Shown here piece after piece: positions 22,144-30,464 of a DNA stretch of 39,135 nucleotides (position 1 is its first letter; each line of letters opens with the position of its first letter). The notes beneath the pieces were generated by a model that was not told where the DNA came from, did no database searches, and was given only the letters and a program-made list of their open reading frames with translations. This DNA comes from Dehalococcoidia bacterium (GTDB lineage Bacteria > Chloroflexota > Dehalococcoidia > DSTF01 > WHTK01), in assembly GCA_036514755.1 (NCBI GenBank), contig DATBWN010000022.1, positions 1 to 39,135 on the forward strand. Direction: 5' to 3'. A program made the translations under genes and the position numbers.

Positions 22144-22472
22144 CGAGAGAAGCCCTTCGTCTGAGTGTTGACGACGCTAACGAAGCCCTGGACGGCGTTT
22201 TCGGGGCTGTAGCACTTACCCAGGCTGCTGCGCACGAGGACGGGCGTACCGCTAACGCTTACGTTCGAGGCGCCGGCCGACCATTCGATGCGGACGCAGG
22301 GCGAGTACTTGGTCCCGATTGTGAAGGGGCAGCCGGCCACCGTGTGGATGTCTGTTTCCAGAAGCGCGAGGGCGCTATCAGCGAAGACGTGCGTGTTGGC
22401 CGCAGACAGGATGGCCTGGCCGCCGTGGGGGCACTGAATGCGACTCGCGACAGTGAGGTTGTGGCCTGGCAT
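22140..22472 (-). CDS. PAAR-like / DUF4280-like spike-tip protein (Afp10-type)
   Basis: 110 aa with conserved Cys/His positions (IQCPHGGQ, VAGCPF, YSPC, GKC). It sits immediately after the spike gene. Confidence 0.6.
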   Translation of the reverse strand: MPGHNLTVASRIQCPHGGQAILSAANTHVFADSALALLETDIHTVAGCPFTIGTKYSPCVRIEWSAGASNVSVSGTPVLVRSSLGKCYSPENAVQGFVSVVNTQTKGFSR

Positions 22473-22474
22473 CG

Positions 22475-23008
22475 CTACTTCGTCACCTTGAAGGCGCCGT
22501 CGTTGACGCTGACGCCAGAGTCGTCGAGGACAACCTTCGTCTGACCGAAGCGGATGGTGATGCTGCTATCCGATAGCGTGATCTCGCCCTTGGACGTGTG
22601 CAGGAGCTGGATCTTCCTGCCGGCGTCGTCGAGAACGACCTTCAGCTCGTTGGGCGTGATGATCACGCGCTGGTCAGGGCCGGCGGGCGTGGGGAGCTCG
22701 TTCAGGGCCCACCAGCAGCCCGTCCAGAGCGGATAGGAGGGATCGCCGTTCTCGAACTCGATCCAGACGCCATCGCCCTTCTTCGGGAGCATGAGGGCGC
22801 CATAGCCGGGCCCAGCGAAGGGCACCACTGGCCAGGCGGGCGGCGATAGCTCGTCGCCGTAGACGGAAGGCACCTTCGCGATGATCCGGCCGAGCTTCTC
22901 GCGGTCGTCCACGTCTTCGACGAGGCCGCGGTACTTACCCCAGTAACGCCCCTCGACGCGCTCCGCCAGTTCGGCGAACGGTTTGTCCAGGCTCTGGTCC
23001 ATCGTCAT
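22475..23008 (-). CDS. gpV / gp5 OB-fold-type spike protein (Afp8 C-terminal equivalent)
   Basis: YWGKYRGLVEDVDDREKLGRIIAKVPSVYGDELSPPAWPVVPFAGPGYGALMLPKKGDGVWIEFENGDPSYPLWTGCWW is the classic Phage_base_V motif. A beta-helical tail follows. Confidence 0.85.
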   Translation of the reverse strand: MTMDQSLDKPFAELAERVEGRYWGKYRGLVEDVDDREKLGRIIAKVPSVYGDELSPPAWPVVPFAGPGYGALMLPKKGDGVWIEFENGDPSYPLWTGCWWALNELPTPAGPDQRVIITPNELKVVLDDAGRKIQLLHTSKGEITLSDSSITIRFGQTKVVLDDSGVSVNDGAFKVTK

Positions 23009-24132
23009 CAGAGGATCGCCCCCAGTAGGCCGCCCAGCCCGCCACCGGCCGGCGCCGTCTGGGCGTTTCGGATCAGCCCGAAGGTCTGCGTGTATACGGA
23101 GCGCGTGAGCTGGTGGCTGACGCGCTTGATCAGGTAGTTGCCGGTCAGCTTCTCCTCCACGCCCTGGACGTTCACGACCCTGTAGGGCGATAGGACGGCG
23201 GGATAGCTTTCGCCGAGGACGCTGCCGGTGACGTCGTAGGAGAAACTGAGGCGGCTCGCCACCGCCCGCGCCCGCGCCCTGGCGTCGATCGCGTCGCCGC
23301 CGGGCGGCAGCATGCGCTTGGCGGCGAGGGCCGGTGAGGCAGCGGCCGGTTCCTGACCGAGGAGGTCCACGTCGGCGAAGCTCACCGTGACGGGCGTAAT
23401 CTTCTTATCGGTGAGGCTCAGGCTGTACACAGTGACCTCGGCTGGTGCCTGAGCGTCGTTGCGCGCGTTGAAGCTGGCCAGGTTCCGATCCGCGCCCAGG
23501 AGGACCAGGGGCGGCAGACCATCAGGCGCGGTGGGCAGCGGCTTGAAGACGCCGATGCTCGCGCCGGGCTCATCGCTAGGCAGAACGCAGGCGACCATAC
23601 CATTGCGCGCGGCGAGGCGGCGCAGGAGCTGCATCTCCGTCCCGCGCTGCATTACAACCGGCGGCAGGCTGTCGGTTGCCGGCGCTGACTCGGCGGAGAT
23701 CTCCTGCGTGGCGATCTGCTTAACGCCCCTGAAGACCTGGGCGGCAATCTCATGGTCGAGCATGTTCTCGAAGCGAAGGACGCTATCGGCGCGATTGAGG
23801 TAGACGCTGTCATCCTGCACGCTGACGATGCGGCGGCTCACGCCCGGCTGCGAGCTCATGTCCTGGTTGTCGCCGACCACTGGCCCATCGATCAGGGGCA
23901 CGAACTTGCCATCCCCCGGGTTGAGTTCGACGCGGATGCGGCCGAACGGCGCGGCGAAGCGCGGGTCGGCGCCGGTCCAGCGGCCCTTCTCGTCCGTGTA
24001 GCTGGGAACCGTCACGCGCGCCTGCCACGTCGCGTCCATCTGCTGCTCGACGCTGATGTCCTCGACCTGATCGAGCTGGTCCTTGGTCGCAGGCTCGTTG
24101 TCGAAGTAAAGGCGGAAGCGTACCTCGCGCAT
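23008..24132 (-). CDS. Late-control gpD / gp27-like baseplate hub protein (Afp8 N-terminal equivalent)
   Basis: 374 aa, positioned between the LysM gene and the gpV gene. The N-terminus is RLYFDNEPATKDQLDQVEDISVEQQMDATWQARVTVP...GRIRVELNPGDGKFVPLIDGPVVG. The C-terminus LTGNYLIKRVSHQLTRSVYTQTF is typical of gpD-family proteins. Confidence 0.75.
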   Translation of the reverse strand: MREVRFRLYFDNEPATKDQLDQVEDISVEQQMDATWQARVTVPSYTDEKGRWTGADPRFAAPFGRIRVELNPGDGKFVPLIDGPVVGDNQDMSSQPGVSRRIVSVQDDSVYLNRADSVLRFENMLDHEIAAQVFRGVKQIATQEISAESAPATDSLPPVVMQRGTEMQLLRRLAARNGMVACVLPSDEPGASIGVFKPLPTAPDGLPPLVLLGADRNLASFNARNDAQAPAEVTVYSLSLTDKKITPVTVSFADVDLLGQEPAAASPALAAKRMLPPGGDAIDARARARAVASRLSFSYDVTGSVLGESYPAVLSPYRVVNVQGVEEKLTGNYLIKRVSHQLTRSVYTQTFGLIRNAQTAPAGGGLGGLLGAIL

Positions 24133-24404
24133 TACTGCTCCGGCACCTGAATGACGCGGTTCGGCGTTTCCAAGAGGTTGCGCGCCTCCAACTCGCTGTT
24201 GGCGTCGGCCACGTGCCAGAAGCGCGTGGCGTCGCTGTACTGGCGTTGCGCCATGATGTCCAGGCAGTCATTGCCTGCGACAACGTGCCGCTCGCCGGCG
24301 GTGGGAGGGAGCCGGCGCAACACCACGGCGTTCACCTCGCGGCCGGCGCGCGTGGAGACCGTGACCTGGCGCAGGCGTGCGTAGCGAGAGTTGTCGCGCA
24401 ACAC
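24132..24404 (-). CDS. LysM-like tail protein (P2 gpX-like; C-terminal part of Afp7-type proteins)
   Basis: GTG 24404 lies 6 nt after AGGAGG. HVVAGNDCLDIMAQRQYSDATRFWHVADANSELEARNLLETPNRVIQVP is a LysM-like pattern. Confidence 0.75.
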   Translation of the reverse strand: MLRDNSRYARLRQVTVSTRAGREVNAVVLRRLPPTAGERHVVAGNDCLDIMAQRQYSDATRFWHVADANSELEARNLLETPNRVIQVPEQ

Positions 24405-24414
24405 TGCATACCTC

Positions 24415-25095
24415 CTAGAACGGGATCATTTCCACGATCGCCTCGGCGGAGATCGCGAGGTTCACAAGCGCCTGCGCTTCCTTCACGGTGTCGGTGTAGA
24501 TGTAGGCGCCGAGACCGATGAGGTCGCCCTCGGCCTTGGTAGGCTGGCGCACGGCGAGGCCGATGGAGACCTCCGCGCGCGTTGGGTTAAGGAGGAAGTC
24601 GTACTGCTGCTCCGTGATCGTTAGCGATTCGATGACGACCGGCAGGATGCGGGCGAGGCCCCAGATGAACAGGAGACGCGGGTACTTCTCCCGCGGGATG
24701 GGCTGCGACGGCGGGCCGCCCGTGCCGCCGCCGAGGGCGCTACCGATGGCGTCGACAGCCGCGCCGATGGCGCCGCTGAGCAGGCCCTTCGCCGGCCGCG
24801 CCATCTTCTCCAAGGCGGCGATCTGCGGCCCAACGCCGAAAGCGCGCGCTAGCGAGATGTCGACCGGGACGTTGAGCCGCTCGGCGGCGTCGAACTCGGC
24901 CCGGATCGTGAAGCGCTCTACGGGCTGCTCGCCGGCCTGGGAGATTTCCGGCGTCTGCTTGTTGGTTGGCTTCGGCGGGATGGCGATGGTGCGGGAGAGC
25001 GACTCCGGGTTGAACTGGAAGACGACGACGTTCGGCAGCGGGCCGAGGAAGTCGGAGGCGTACTCGACGAGGGCGCCGCGCAGCATGTAGGTCAC
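24415..25095 (-). CDS. Tube-like baseplate tube-initiator protein (CIS_tube domain; N-terminal part of Afp7-type proteins)
   Basis: GTG 25095 lies 6 nt after GGAGG and forms a GTGA overlap with the upstream stop. Diagnostic segments are VVVFQFNPESLSRT and YPRLLFIWGLARILPVVIESLTITEQQYDFLLNPTRAEVSIGL. Confidence 0.75.
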   Translation of the reverse strand: MTYMLRGALVEYASDFLGPLPNVVVFQFNPESLSRTIAIPPKPTNKQTPEISQAGEQPVERFTIRAEFDAAERLNVPVDISLARAFGVGPQIAALEKMARPAKGLLSGAIGAAVDAIGSALGGGTGGPPSQPIPREKYPRLLFIWGLARILPVVIESLTITEQQYDFLLNPTRAEVSIGLAVRQPTKAEGDLIGLGAYIYTDTVKEAQALVNLAISAEAIVEMIPF

Positions 25096-25403
25096 AGCTG
25101 CCCTCCTTCGCTCGGCAGGCGCTCCCCCAGCGCCTTGCTGATCGAATGGGCAATCGCGGCGCGCACCGCTTCCGGCCGCGCCGCCATCGCCAGCGGCACC
25201 GCGCCGAGGTTGACGCTGGCGATGGCGGCGCGGCCGCTGGCGCCCGCCGGCGCCTCGGCTGCGAGGCCCTCGGCGACGGTGCGGCCCAGCACAGCGGCGG
25301 CGAGGCGCGCATCCTCGGCGCTCACGCCGCGCAGACGCAGCCGCAGGCGGTCGACGCGAATCGTCAGCTCAGACACGTTCCAGTTCTTCGATAAGCTGCG
25401 CAT
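25092..25403 (-). CDS. Small conserved-position hypothetical protein (103 aa, or 94 aa from GTG 25376)
   Basis: It lies between the ATPase and the tube-initiator gene. The sequence is VSELTIRVDRLRLRLRGVSAEDARLAA..., Ala-rich. The start is ambiguous: ATG 25403 overlaps the ATPase gene by 35 nt, while GTG 25376 overlaps it by 8 nt. Confidence 0.5.
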   Translation of the reverse strand: MRSLSKNWNVSELTIRVDRLRLRLRGVSAEDARLAAAVLGRTVAEGLAAEAPAGASGRAAIASVNLGAVPLAMAARPEAVRAAIAHSISKALGERLPSEGGQL

Positions 25404-27513
25404 GCGGGCCGAATTGCTCCAGCGTGACGGTCTGGTGGAGCTTGTCGTACTCGCGTTTCACCGCCGTAATCACCTCTTCCATCGAGAGTCGGGGCTTGCC
25501 GCGTTTCCTGTCGCCGTCGCGGGCGGCGCTCTGTAGGCAGGCGTTGAAGGCGACGGAGCGGATGCCGCCGCCCGTGAGCTGGAATTGGCGCGCCAGGAGG
25601 TCAAAGTCGAGCTCGGAGGCGTCGACGCCAGGCGGGATGACGCGCTCCCAGATCGCGCGGCGCTGGGCGACGTCCGGGAAGGGGAAGTCGACGATGTAGC
25701 GCAGACGGCGCAGGAATGCCTCGTCGACGTCGCCGCGGCGGTTCGTGGCGAGGATGGCGAGCCCTTTGAAGCGCTCCATCCGTTCCAGGAGATAGCTGAC
25801 CTCCAGGTTCGCGTAGCGGTCGTGGGCGTCCTTCACCTCAGTCCGGCGGCCGAAGAGAGCGTCGGCCTCGTCGAAGAAGAGAAGCGTCTCCGTCGCGTCG
25901 GCGGCGTCGAAGACGCGCTCGAGGTTCTTCTCAGTCTCGCCGATGTACTTGTTCACGACCTGGGACAGGTTTACGTAGTGCATCGGGATGTCCAGCTTTG
26001 CGGCCAGCACCTCCGCGGCCATCGTCTTGCCGGTGCCGGACGGACCGGCGAAGAGGACGGAGACGCCGCTCTCGTTCCAGACGCGGGCGGTTCCCCAGTC
26101 GTAGTGGACGCGGGTGAGGGCGCGCATCGCGCGCTCTATCTCATCGAGCTGGCGTTGCTGAGGCGGCGGCAGCACCAGCTCCTCCGGCCGGAAGCGGGGC
26201 GTGACGGGCCGCGTAAGGCCGCCGGAGTCGACCGGCATAGCGGCGCGACAGGCGGCGAACAGGTCTTCTGCACGCAGGCGGCCCTCGTGGGCGGTGAGTC
26301 CCGCACATACCGAGCGGATCGTCTCTGCCTGGAAGCGAAAGCGACGCGCCGCCTCCGCCACGGCGCCGTCGAGCGCCGCCGCCCGGTCACCCAGGCCGAC
26401 GCGCAGCTCAACCAGCCGTTCCGCATAGGACAGACCCGGAACCATGAGCCGCGGCAGCAGCATCTCCGGCGGCAGCGCCGCCACGTCCTGCTGGTCGAGC
26501 CCGACGACGTAAACGGTGATCGGCAAGCCGCGCCGGCCGCAAAGCAGGGGAAGAAGGCGTCGGCGCTCGCCTGAGGCGGCGACAGGCTCCTCTTGCAGGA
26601 GAAGGTCGAAGCCGCCGAGCCAGGCGAGCGCGAGCAGCGAGTGCAGATAGCTCGGGTCGTCTGCGCCCGCGCCAGCTACGGGACGATAGACGACGCGTCC
26701 CACTGCCTGGGCGACGGCACCGACGGCCGCTGCGTAAGCCGCGCCGACCTGGCCGCGCACCTCCACCAGGCGTAGCCCCGTCTGTTCTGCTCGCAACCGG
26801 TCAACGAGGGCGCCGGCCTCCCCTGGGAGGTCTTGCGCCCTGGCGCCGAGCCTTTCGAGCGCGATCGATGGAGCCCAGTCGGCGCGCAGTAGCCGGTCCG
26901 CGACGAGCGACGGTACGTAGAAGGGCGCCTCCCAGCGCTCAGGGCCGGTAGACTGGAGCAGGCCAAACCGCCATAGCGGGTGGCCGGCGTCGGCGAGGGC
27001 GAGGCACTGCTCCGGCCGGTCCCAGAGGCGCTGCACCAGGGAGAGCGCCGGCTCCGTGCGGTTCGCGTCGTTGAGGCAGCTGCCGAACACGGGCGCCGAC
27101 GCCGCGTCGTAGCGGGCGAGGAGGCCAAGAGCGAGCGCGAAGGCTGAGACATCGCCCAGGGGAAGACTGCGCACCAACCAGCTGAATGAGCCCCGAGCCG
27201 CCTCAGGAACAGGCGCAGGCTGCGTCTCGGCGATCCTCGCTGTGAGGTAGGCGGCCGTGGCGTCTCGGGAGAAGAAGGCCTGCTTGTGCTCCTGAAATCG
27301 AACGAGGTCAAGGCTCTCCTGCAGGGGCGACGCGGTCTCCGGCGGCACGAGTACCGAGGCGTCGGCCGGCGTCAGGCCGCGCTGGTGCCAGCGCCAGGCA
27401 ACCTCGCGACGGAGACGGAGCGTCGCCACGCGCAGCCAACCCTCGGCGCAAGCGTCGGCGGCGACAAGCCGGGGTGTGAAAGAAGCCGGCTCTCGGTCGA
27501 CAGCCATCGTCAC
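25369..27513 (-). CDS. AAA+ ATPase (Afp15/Pvc15-type) with an N-terminal region of about 489 aa that has no recognisable motif
   Basis: Walker A GPSGTGKT is at nt 26023-26046. Walker B is LLFFDEADALFGRR, followed by ILATNRRGDVDEAFLRRLRYIVDFPFP. GTGA overlap with the terminator gene. Confidence 0.9.
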   Translation of the reverse strand: MTMAVDREPASFTPRLVAADACAEGWLRVATLRLRREVAWRWHQRGLTPADASVLVPPETASPLQESLDLVRFQEHKQAFFSRDATAAYLTARIAETQPAPVPEAARGSFSWLVRSLPLGDVSAFALALGLLARYDAASAPVFGSCLNDANRTEPALSLVQRLWDRPEQCLALADAGHPLWRFGLLQSTGPERWEAPFYVPSLVADRLLRADWAPSIALERLGARAQDLPGEAGALVDRLRAEQTGLRLVEVRGQVGAAYAAAVGAVAQAVGRVVYRPVAGAGADDPSYLHSLLALAWLGGFDLLLQEEPVAASGERRRLLPLLCGRRGLPITVYVVGLDQQDVAALPPEMLLPRLMVPGLSYAERLVELRVGLGDRAAALDGAVAEAARRFRFQAETIRSVCAGLTAHEGRLRAEDLFAACRAAMPVDSGGLTRPVTPRFRPEELVLPPPQQRQLDEIERAMRALTRVHYDWGTARVWNESGVSVLFAGPSGTGKTMAAEVLAAKLDIPMHYVNLSQVVNKYIGETEKNLERVFDAADATETLLFFDEADALFGRRTEVKDAHDRYANLEVSYLLERMERFKGLAILATNRRGDVDEAFLRRLRYIVDFPFPDVAQRRAIWERVIPPGVDASELDFDLLARQFQLTGGGIRSVAFNACLQSAARDGDRKRGKPRLSMEEVITAVKREYDKLHQTVTLEQFGPHAQLIEELERV

Positions 27514-28709
27514 AGCGACACCGCCGGGCTGTTACGCGCTTGGCGGCCGTTTACGCGCAGGATGACGCGATAGTCGCCGCGAGCGATCGGCGACGCCGCC
27601 GGGATCGTGAGAGTGAGCTGCTTCTGGTCGCCAGAATGGGTGAACGCGTCGAAGAGCCGCAGGATGCGGTCGCCACGGAAGAGACCGACGTACACCTCGT
27701 CCTCCGCCGTACCAAGCAGGACGCCGTCGAGGGTGATCGCGCCGTGTACGGGTGAGGCAGGGTTCGCCGGCTGGACGGGCTGGATGCCGGCCGGCGTGGC
27801 CGCATCCAGCCGCGGCAGCAGTCCGGCGAGCAGTGGGTTGCTCTTGCGGCGCCGGCCCGCGGGCAAGGCTTGCTCGACGTAGACGGCGTGGCTGCCGGCC
27901 GACAGACGCGTACCGTCCTCCAGCGACGATGGCACTCGGAACGTGAGGCGGTCCGGCTTCTGCGAGGTGGCGCCGAGACGCTCCGAGCCGAGAAGGACGC
28001 TGAGCGCGCCGAGGTGAAGATCGATGCCTTCGACCGTGACTTCCTCGCCGGTCTCGGGGGTGTCCGGGTCGAGGCGGGTGATCTCCGGCCCCAGAGATGC
28101 CAGGACGGGGACGTGCACCGCGTCCTCGCCGGGGACCGTCCCGCCCAGGTAGTCGACGCCAACCAGCAGGGAGTAGGAGGGCGGCTCAGCCGGCGCAACC
28201 AGGACCGGCCTCACCTGGAAGGCAACCGAGCAGCGGTAGCGCTCGTCCGAGCCCTGCATCAGCCGCGAAAGCAGCTCGGAAGAGGCGTCCTCGAACGTGA
28301 GCTTGAGGAGGTCGGGGTTGTCGCCGAGGGCGGGCGTGGTCTGGGCGGTTGGCGAGAGGAAGTTGCTGGCCTGCAGCACACGGATTCCCTGCCCGAGGAT
28401 CTCGTGCGCCCTGGTTGAGTCGCTCTCGCCTTCGTTGTCGAAGGCGGTCATGAGGTAGCGCAAGACCAGCCAGGCGGGCGCCGGCTGGCCCGCGTCCAGG
28501 CTGACGTTCATGAGGTGGCCGTCGAACTCGACCTCGTAGAGGAAGAGATTCAGCCGGGGCTTAGTGCCGGCGGTCGGCTTCGGTTCCGGCCGTCCGACGG
28601 TGACCTCCTGGATCGGCGCCTGCGGCAGGCTTCCCAGGGCGCCGAACAGGCGGCTCTGGAGCAACTGCGTGACAGCCCCGATGGCGCGGCCGGAGTCCGC
28701 GAGCGCCAT
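27510..28709 (-). CDS. DUF4255 (Pvc16_N) tail terminator/cap protein (Afp16-type) with a C-terminal extension of about 200 aa
   Basis: The N-terminus IGAVTQLLQSRL...VTVGRPEP...PRLNLFLYEVEFDGHLMN...WLVLRYLMTAF is the DUF4255 pattern. The C-terminal half contains two IPT/TIG-like segments (PEITRLDPDTPETGEEVTVEGIDL... and ...VHGAITLDGVLLG...YRVILRVNG). Confidence 0.8.
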   Translation of the reverse strand: MALADSGRAIGAVTQLLQSRLFGALGSLPQAPIQEVTVGRPEPKPTAGTKPRLNLFLYEVEFDGHLMNVSLDAGQPAPAWLVLRYLMTAFDNEGESDSTRAHEILGQGIRVLQASNFLSPTAQTTPALGDNPDLLKLTFEDASSELLSRLMQGSDERYRCSVAFQVRPVLVAPAEPPSYSLLVGVDYLGGTVPGEDAVHVPVLASLGPEITRLDPDTPETGEEVTVEGIDLHLGALSVLLGSERLGATSQKPDRLTFRVPSSLEDGTRLSAGSHAVYVEQALPAGRRRKSNPLLAGLLPRLDAATPAGIQPVQPANPASPVHGAITLDGVLLGTAEDEVYVGLFRGDRILRLFDAFTHSGDQKQLTLTIPAASPIARGDYRVILRVNGRQARNSPAVSL

Positions 28710-28712
28710 GGC

Positions 28713-29603
28713 TCAGAGCCCGCCCCAGCCGTTGTAGTAGTGACGCCGCAGCCGCACGGCGGCACCCTCCGACTCGACCGGACTTGGGGCCGGCGGCGGC
28801 GCTACGGCCGACGCCGGCGGCGGCTCTTCGACGGTAAGCTCGATGGCGCCGATGCTGAGGGTCACGTTTCTGGCTTCGGCGGCGTCCGGCGGCGCTTCGA
28901 AGCGTGACGGCGACGCCAATCGCGGGGCGGCCGCCGACGGTCGGGCCTGCGGCTCCGGCGCGCGCTCCGGCAGCACAATCGTCTCCCCGGCATCGAGGGG
29001 CGCCTCGTCCGGTGCCGGCGTGACCGCGACCCAGGCGCGGACAACAGCGAGCGTTTCGAAAACCGGGCGGGGATCTCCCGCCGGCAAAGGCGGCTCTCGG
29101 CGAGGCGTGGCCGCCGGCGACGACGCCAGTGGCGTTTCGGATGTCGCGGCAGCCGGCGCGGCGCTCACCGTGTCGTCCACCGGAACTGACGAAGCCGGTG
29201 GCTGGCTGAGCTGAGAGGGCACAGCGACGCCCGTGTCGCCCAGCGAAGCGAGCGGCTGCCTGCCAGGTTCTTCACCCGCCTGCATCGCGAGCGCCTCGCG
29301 CTCAGCCGTCGAGGTCAAGGCCGGCGCCGCGAATGCGTCTGGGACAGGAGGGAAGGAGGCTGGCTGAGCCCCCGCCGGGGGCGTTTCCGCCGCTGCGGCC
29401 GCGGGCAGCGGGCGACCGGTCGACACCGCTTCGGTGTCTCGAAGTGGGTTGACCTCGCGCGGCGCTGGCTCGCTTGTCGACGCCTGCAACAAGGTCTCGG
29501 CCTCGGGCGCGGCTTCGTCCGGGGGCGGCGGCGGCGCGGCCACCGCGCCCGCGGCCGCGAAAGTGAGGCCGGTCCCTTCGATGAGGCTGCTTACGTACGA
29601 CAT
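28713..29603 (-). CDS. Pro/Ala-rich, largely low-complexity protein in the P2 gpT (tape-measure) position
   Basis: 296 aa. TAATG overlap with the upstream gene. Ordered-looking ends (MSYVSSLIEGTGLTF... and ...NVTLSIGAIELTVEE...LRRHYYNGWGGL) flank roughly 230 aa of P/A/E/S-rich sequence. The function is inferred only from position. Confidence 0.55.
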   Translation of the reverse strand: MSYVSSLIEGTGLTFAAAGAVAAPPPPPDEAAPEAETLLQASTSEPAPREVNPLRDTEAVSTGRPLPAAAAAETPPAGAQPASFPPVPDAFAAPALTSTAEREALAMQAGEEPGRQPLASLGDTGVAVPSQLSQPPASSVPVDDTVSAAPAAATSETPLASSPAATPRREPPLPAGDPRPVFETLAVVRAWVAVTPAPDEAPLDAGETIVLPERAPEPQARPSAAAPRLASPSRFEAPPDAAEARNVTLSIGAIELTVEEPPPASAVAPPPAPSPVESEGAAVRLRRHYYNGWGGL

Positions 29604-30439
29604 TAGAGACGCTGCTCCCGCTCTACCAGGCCCAGGTAACCGCCGCGGCGCCAGGGCGGGATTCTCATTACCTCCGTCTCGCTCCAGCCGTAACGCGAGG
29701 CGAGCACGTGCACGGACTCCATGAGACGTGTCTGTGCCCGCCTGACGCTTTCGAGGGCGACGGCAGCAAGGGGCACGTCGAGCGCGCTTTCGGCCTCACA
29801 ATCGGGACAGACGATGCTGACGTTGAACCGCACCAGCGGGTCGGCCGCGTCCAGGGCCGCTTCGGCGACCCTCTGCCAGTCCGGGGGCAGGGCGACCGGC
29901 GGCGCGTCCACGAGCAGCGACTGCAGGATCGCGGCGCGCGCGCCTGCTTCGTCGTGGAAGGGCTCATCGAGCCACGCGGCCTGATCGGCGCCGGTGGGCC
30001 GACGCAGCCGAAACAGCGTGCCATCGACATCTGCGTCGACGGGCTCGTCGGCGTCGCTGCGGGCCTTGTCGAGCACCTCGTCGACTGATACGTCAATCTC
30101 GATTGCCTGGCGACAGGCGGGCTGAGGGCAGCGGAGCTGCAGGGCAAAGGCGCCCGTCTGCTCCATCCCTGCCAGCAGCACGAGGTAGAGGATGCGCGCG
30201 CCGACACTGAGCTCCCAGAAGAGGCTGGGATCGACGCGGCCCCCGTCTGGACGCCGGGCGCAACAGACGAGGACGTCCGTGACCGCGTACGGGGGCGGCT
30301 GCTGGAAGTCGACCGCGAGATCCTCGACACCGGCGCCAAAGCGACGGAGCAGCAGACCGGAAGCGTCATACGCGTCGACCAGCCGGGCGGGCAGCGGCGG
30401 GCAGGCGATTTCCGGGACGGTTCTTGTCGCGACGGGCAT
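29603..30439 (-). CDS. Hypothetical eCIS assembly protein with two Cys pairs, in the P2 gpE (tail chaperone) position
   Basis: 278 aa, ATG start at 30439. The Cys pairs are CPQPAC (aa 104-109) and CPDC (aa 211-214), suggesting a zinc-ribbon-like site. From memory, similar proteins in CIS loci are annotated as baseplate-hub assembly chaperones. This is unverified. Confidence 0.55.
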   Translation of the reverse strand: MPVATRTVPEIACPPLPARLVDAYDASGLLLRRFGAGVEDLAVDFQQPPPYAVTDVLVCCARRPDGGRVDPSLFWELSVGARILYLVLLAGMEQTGAFALQLRCPQPACRQAIEIDVSVDEVLDKARSDADEPVDADVDGTLFRLRRPTGADQAAWLDEPFHDEAGARAAILQSLLVDAPPVALPPDWQRVAEAALDAADPLVRFNVSIVCPDCEAESALDVPLAAVALESVRRAQTRLMESVHVLASRYGWSETEVMRIPPWRRGGYLGLVEREQRL

Positions 30440-30464
30440 GACGGCTCACCCTGCGAAGCGCCCG

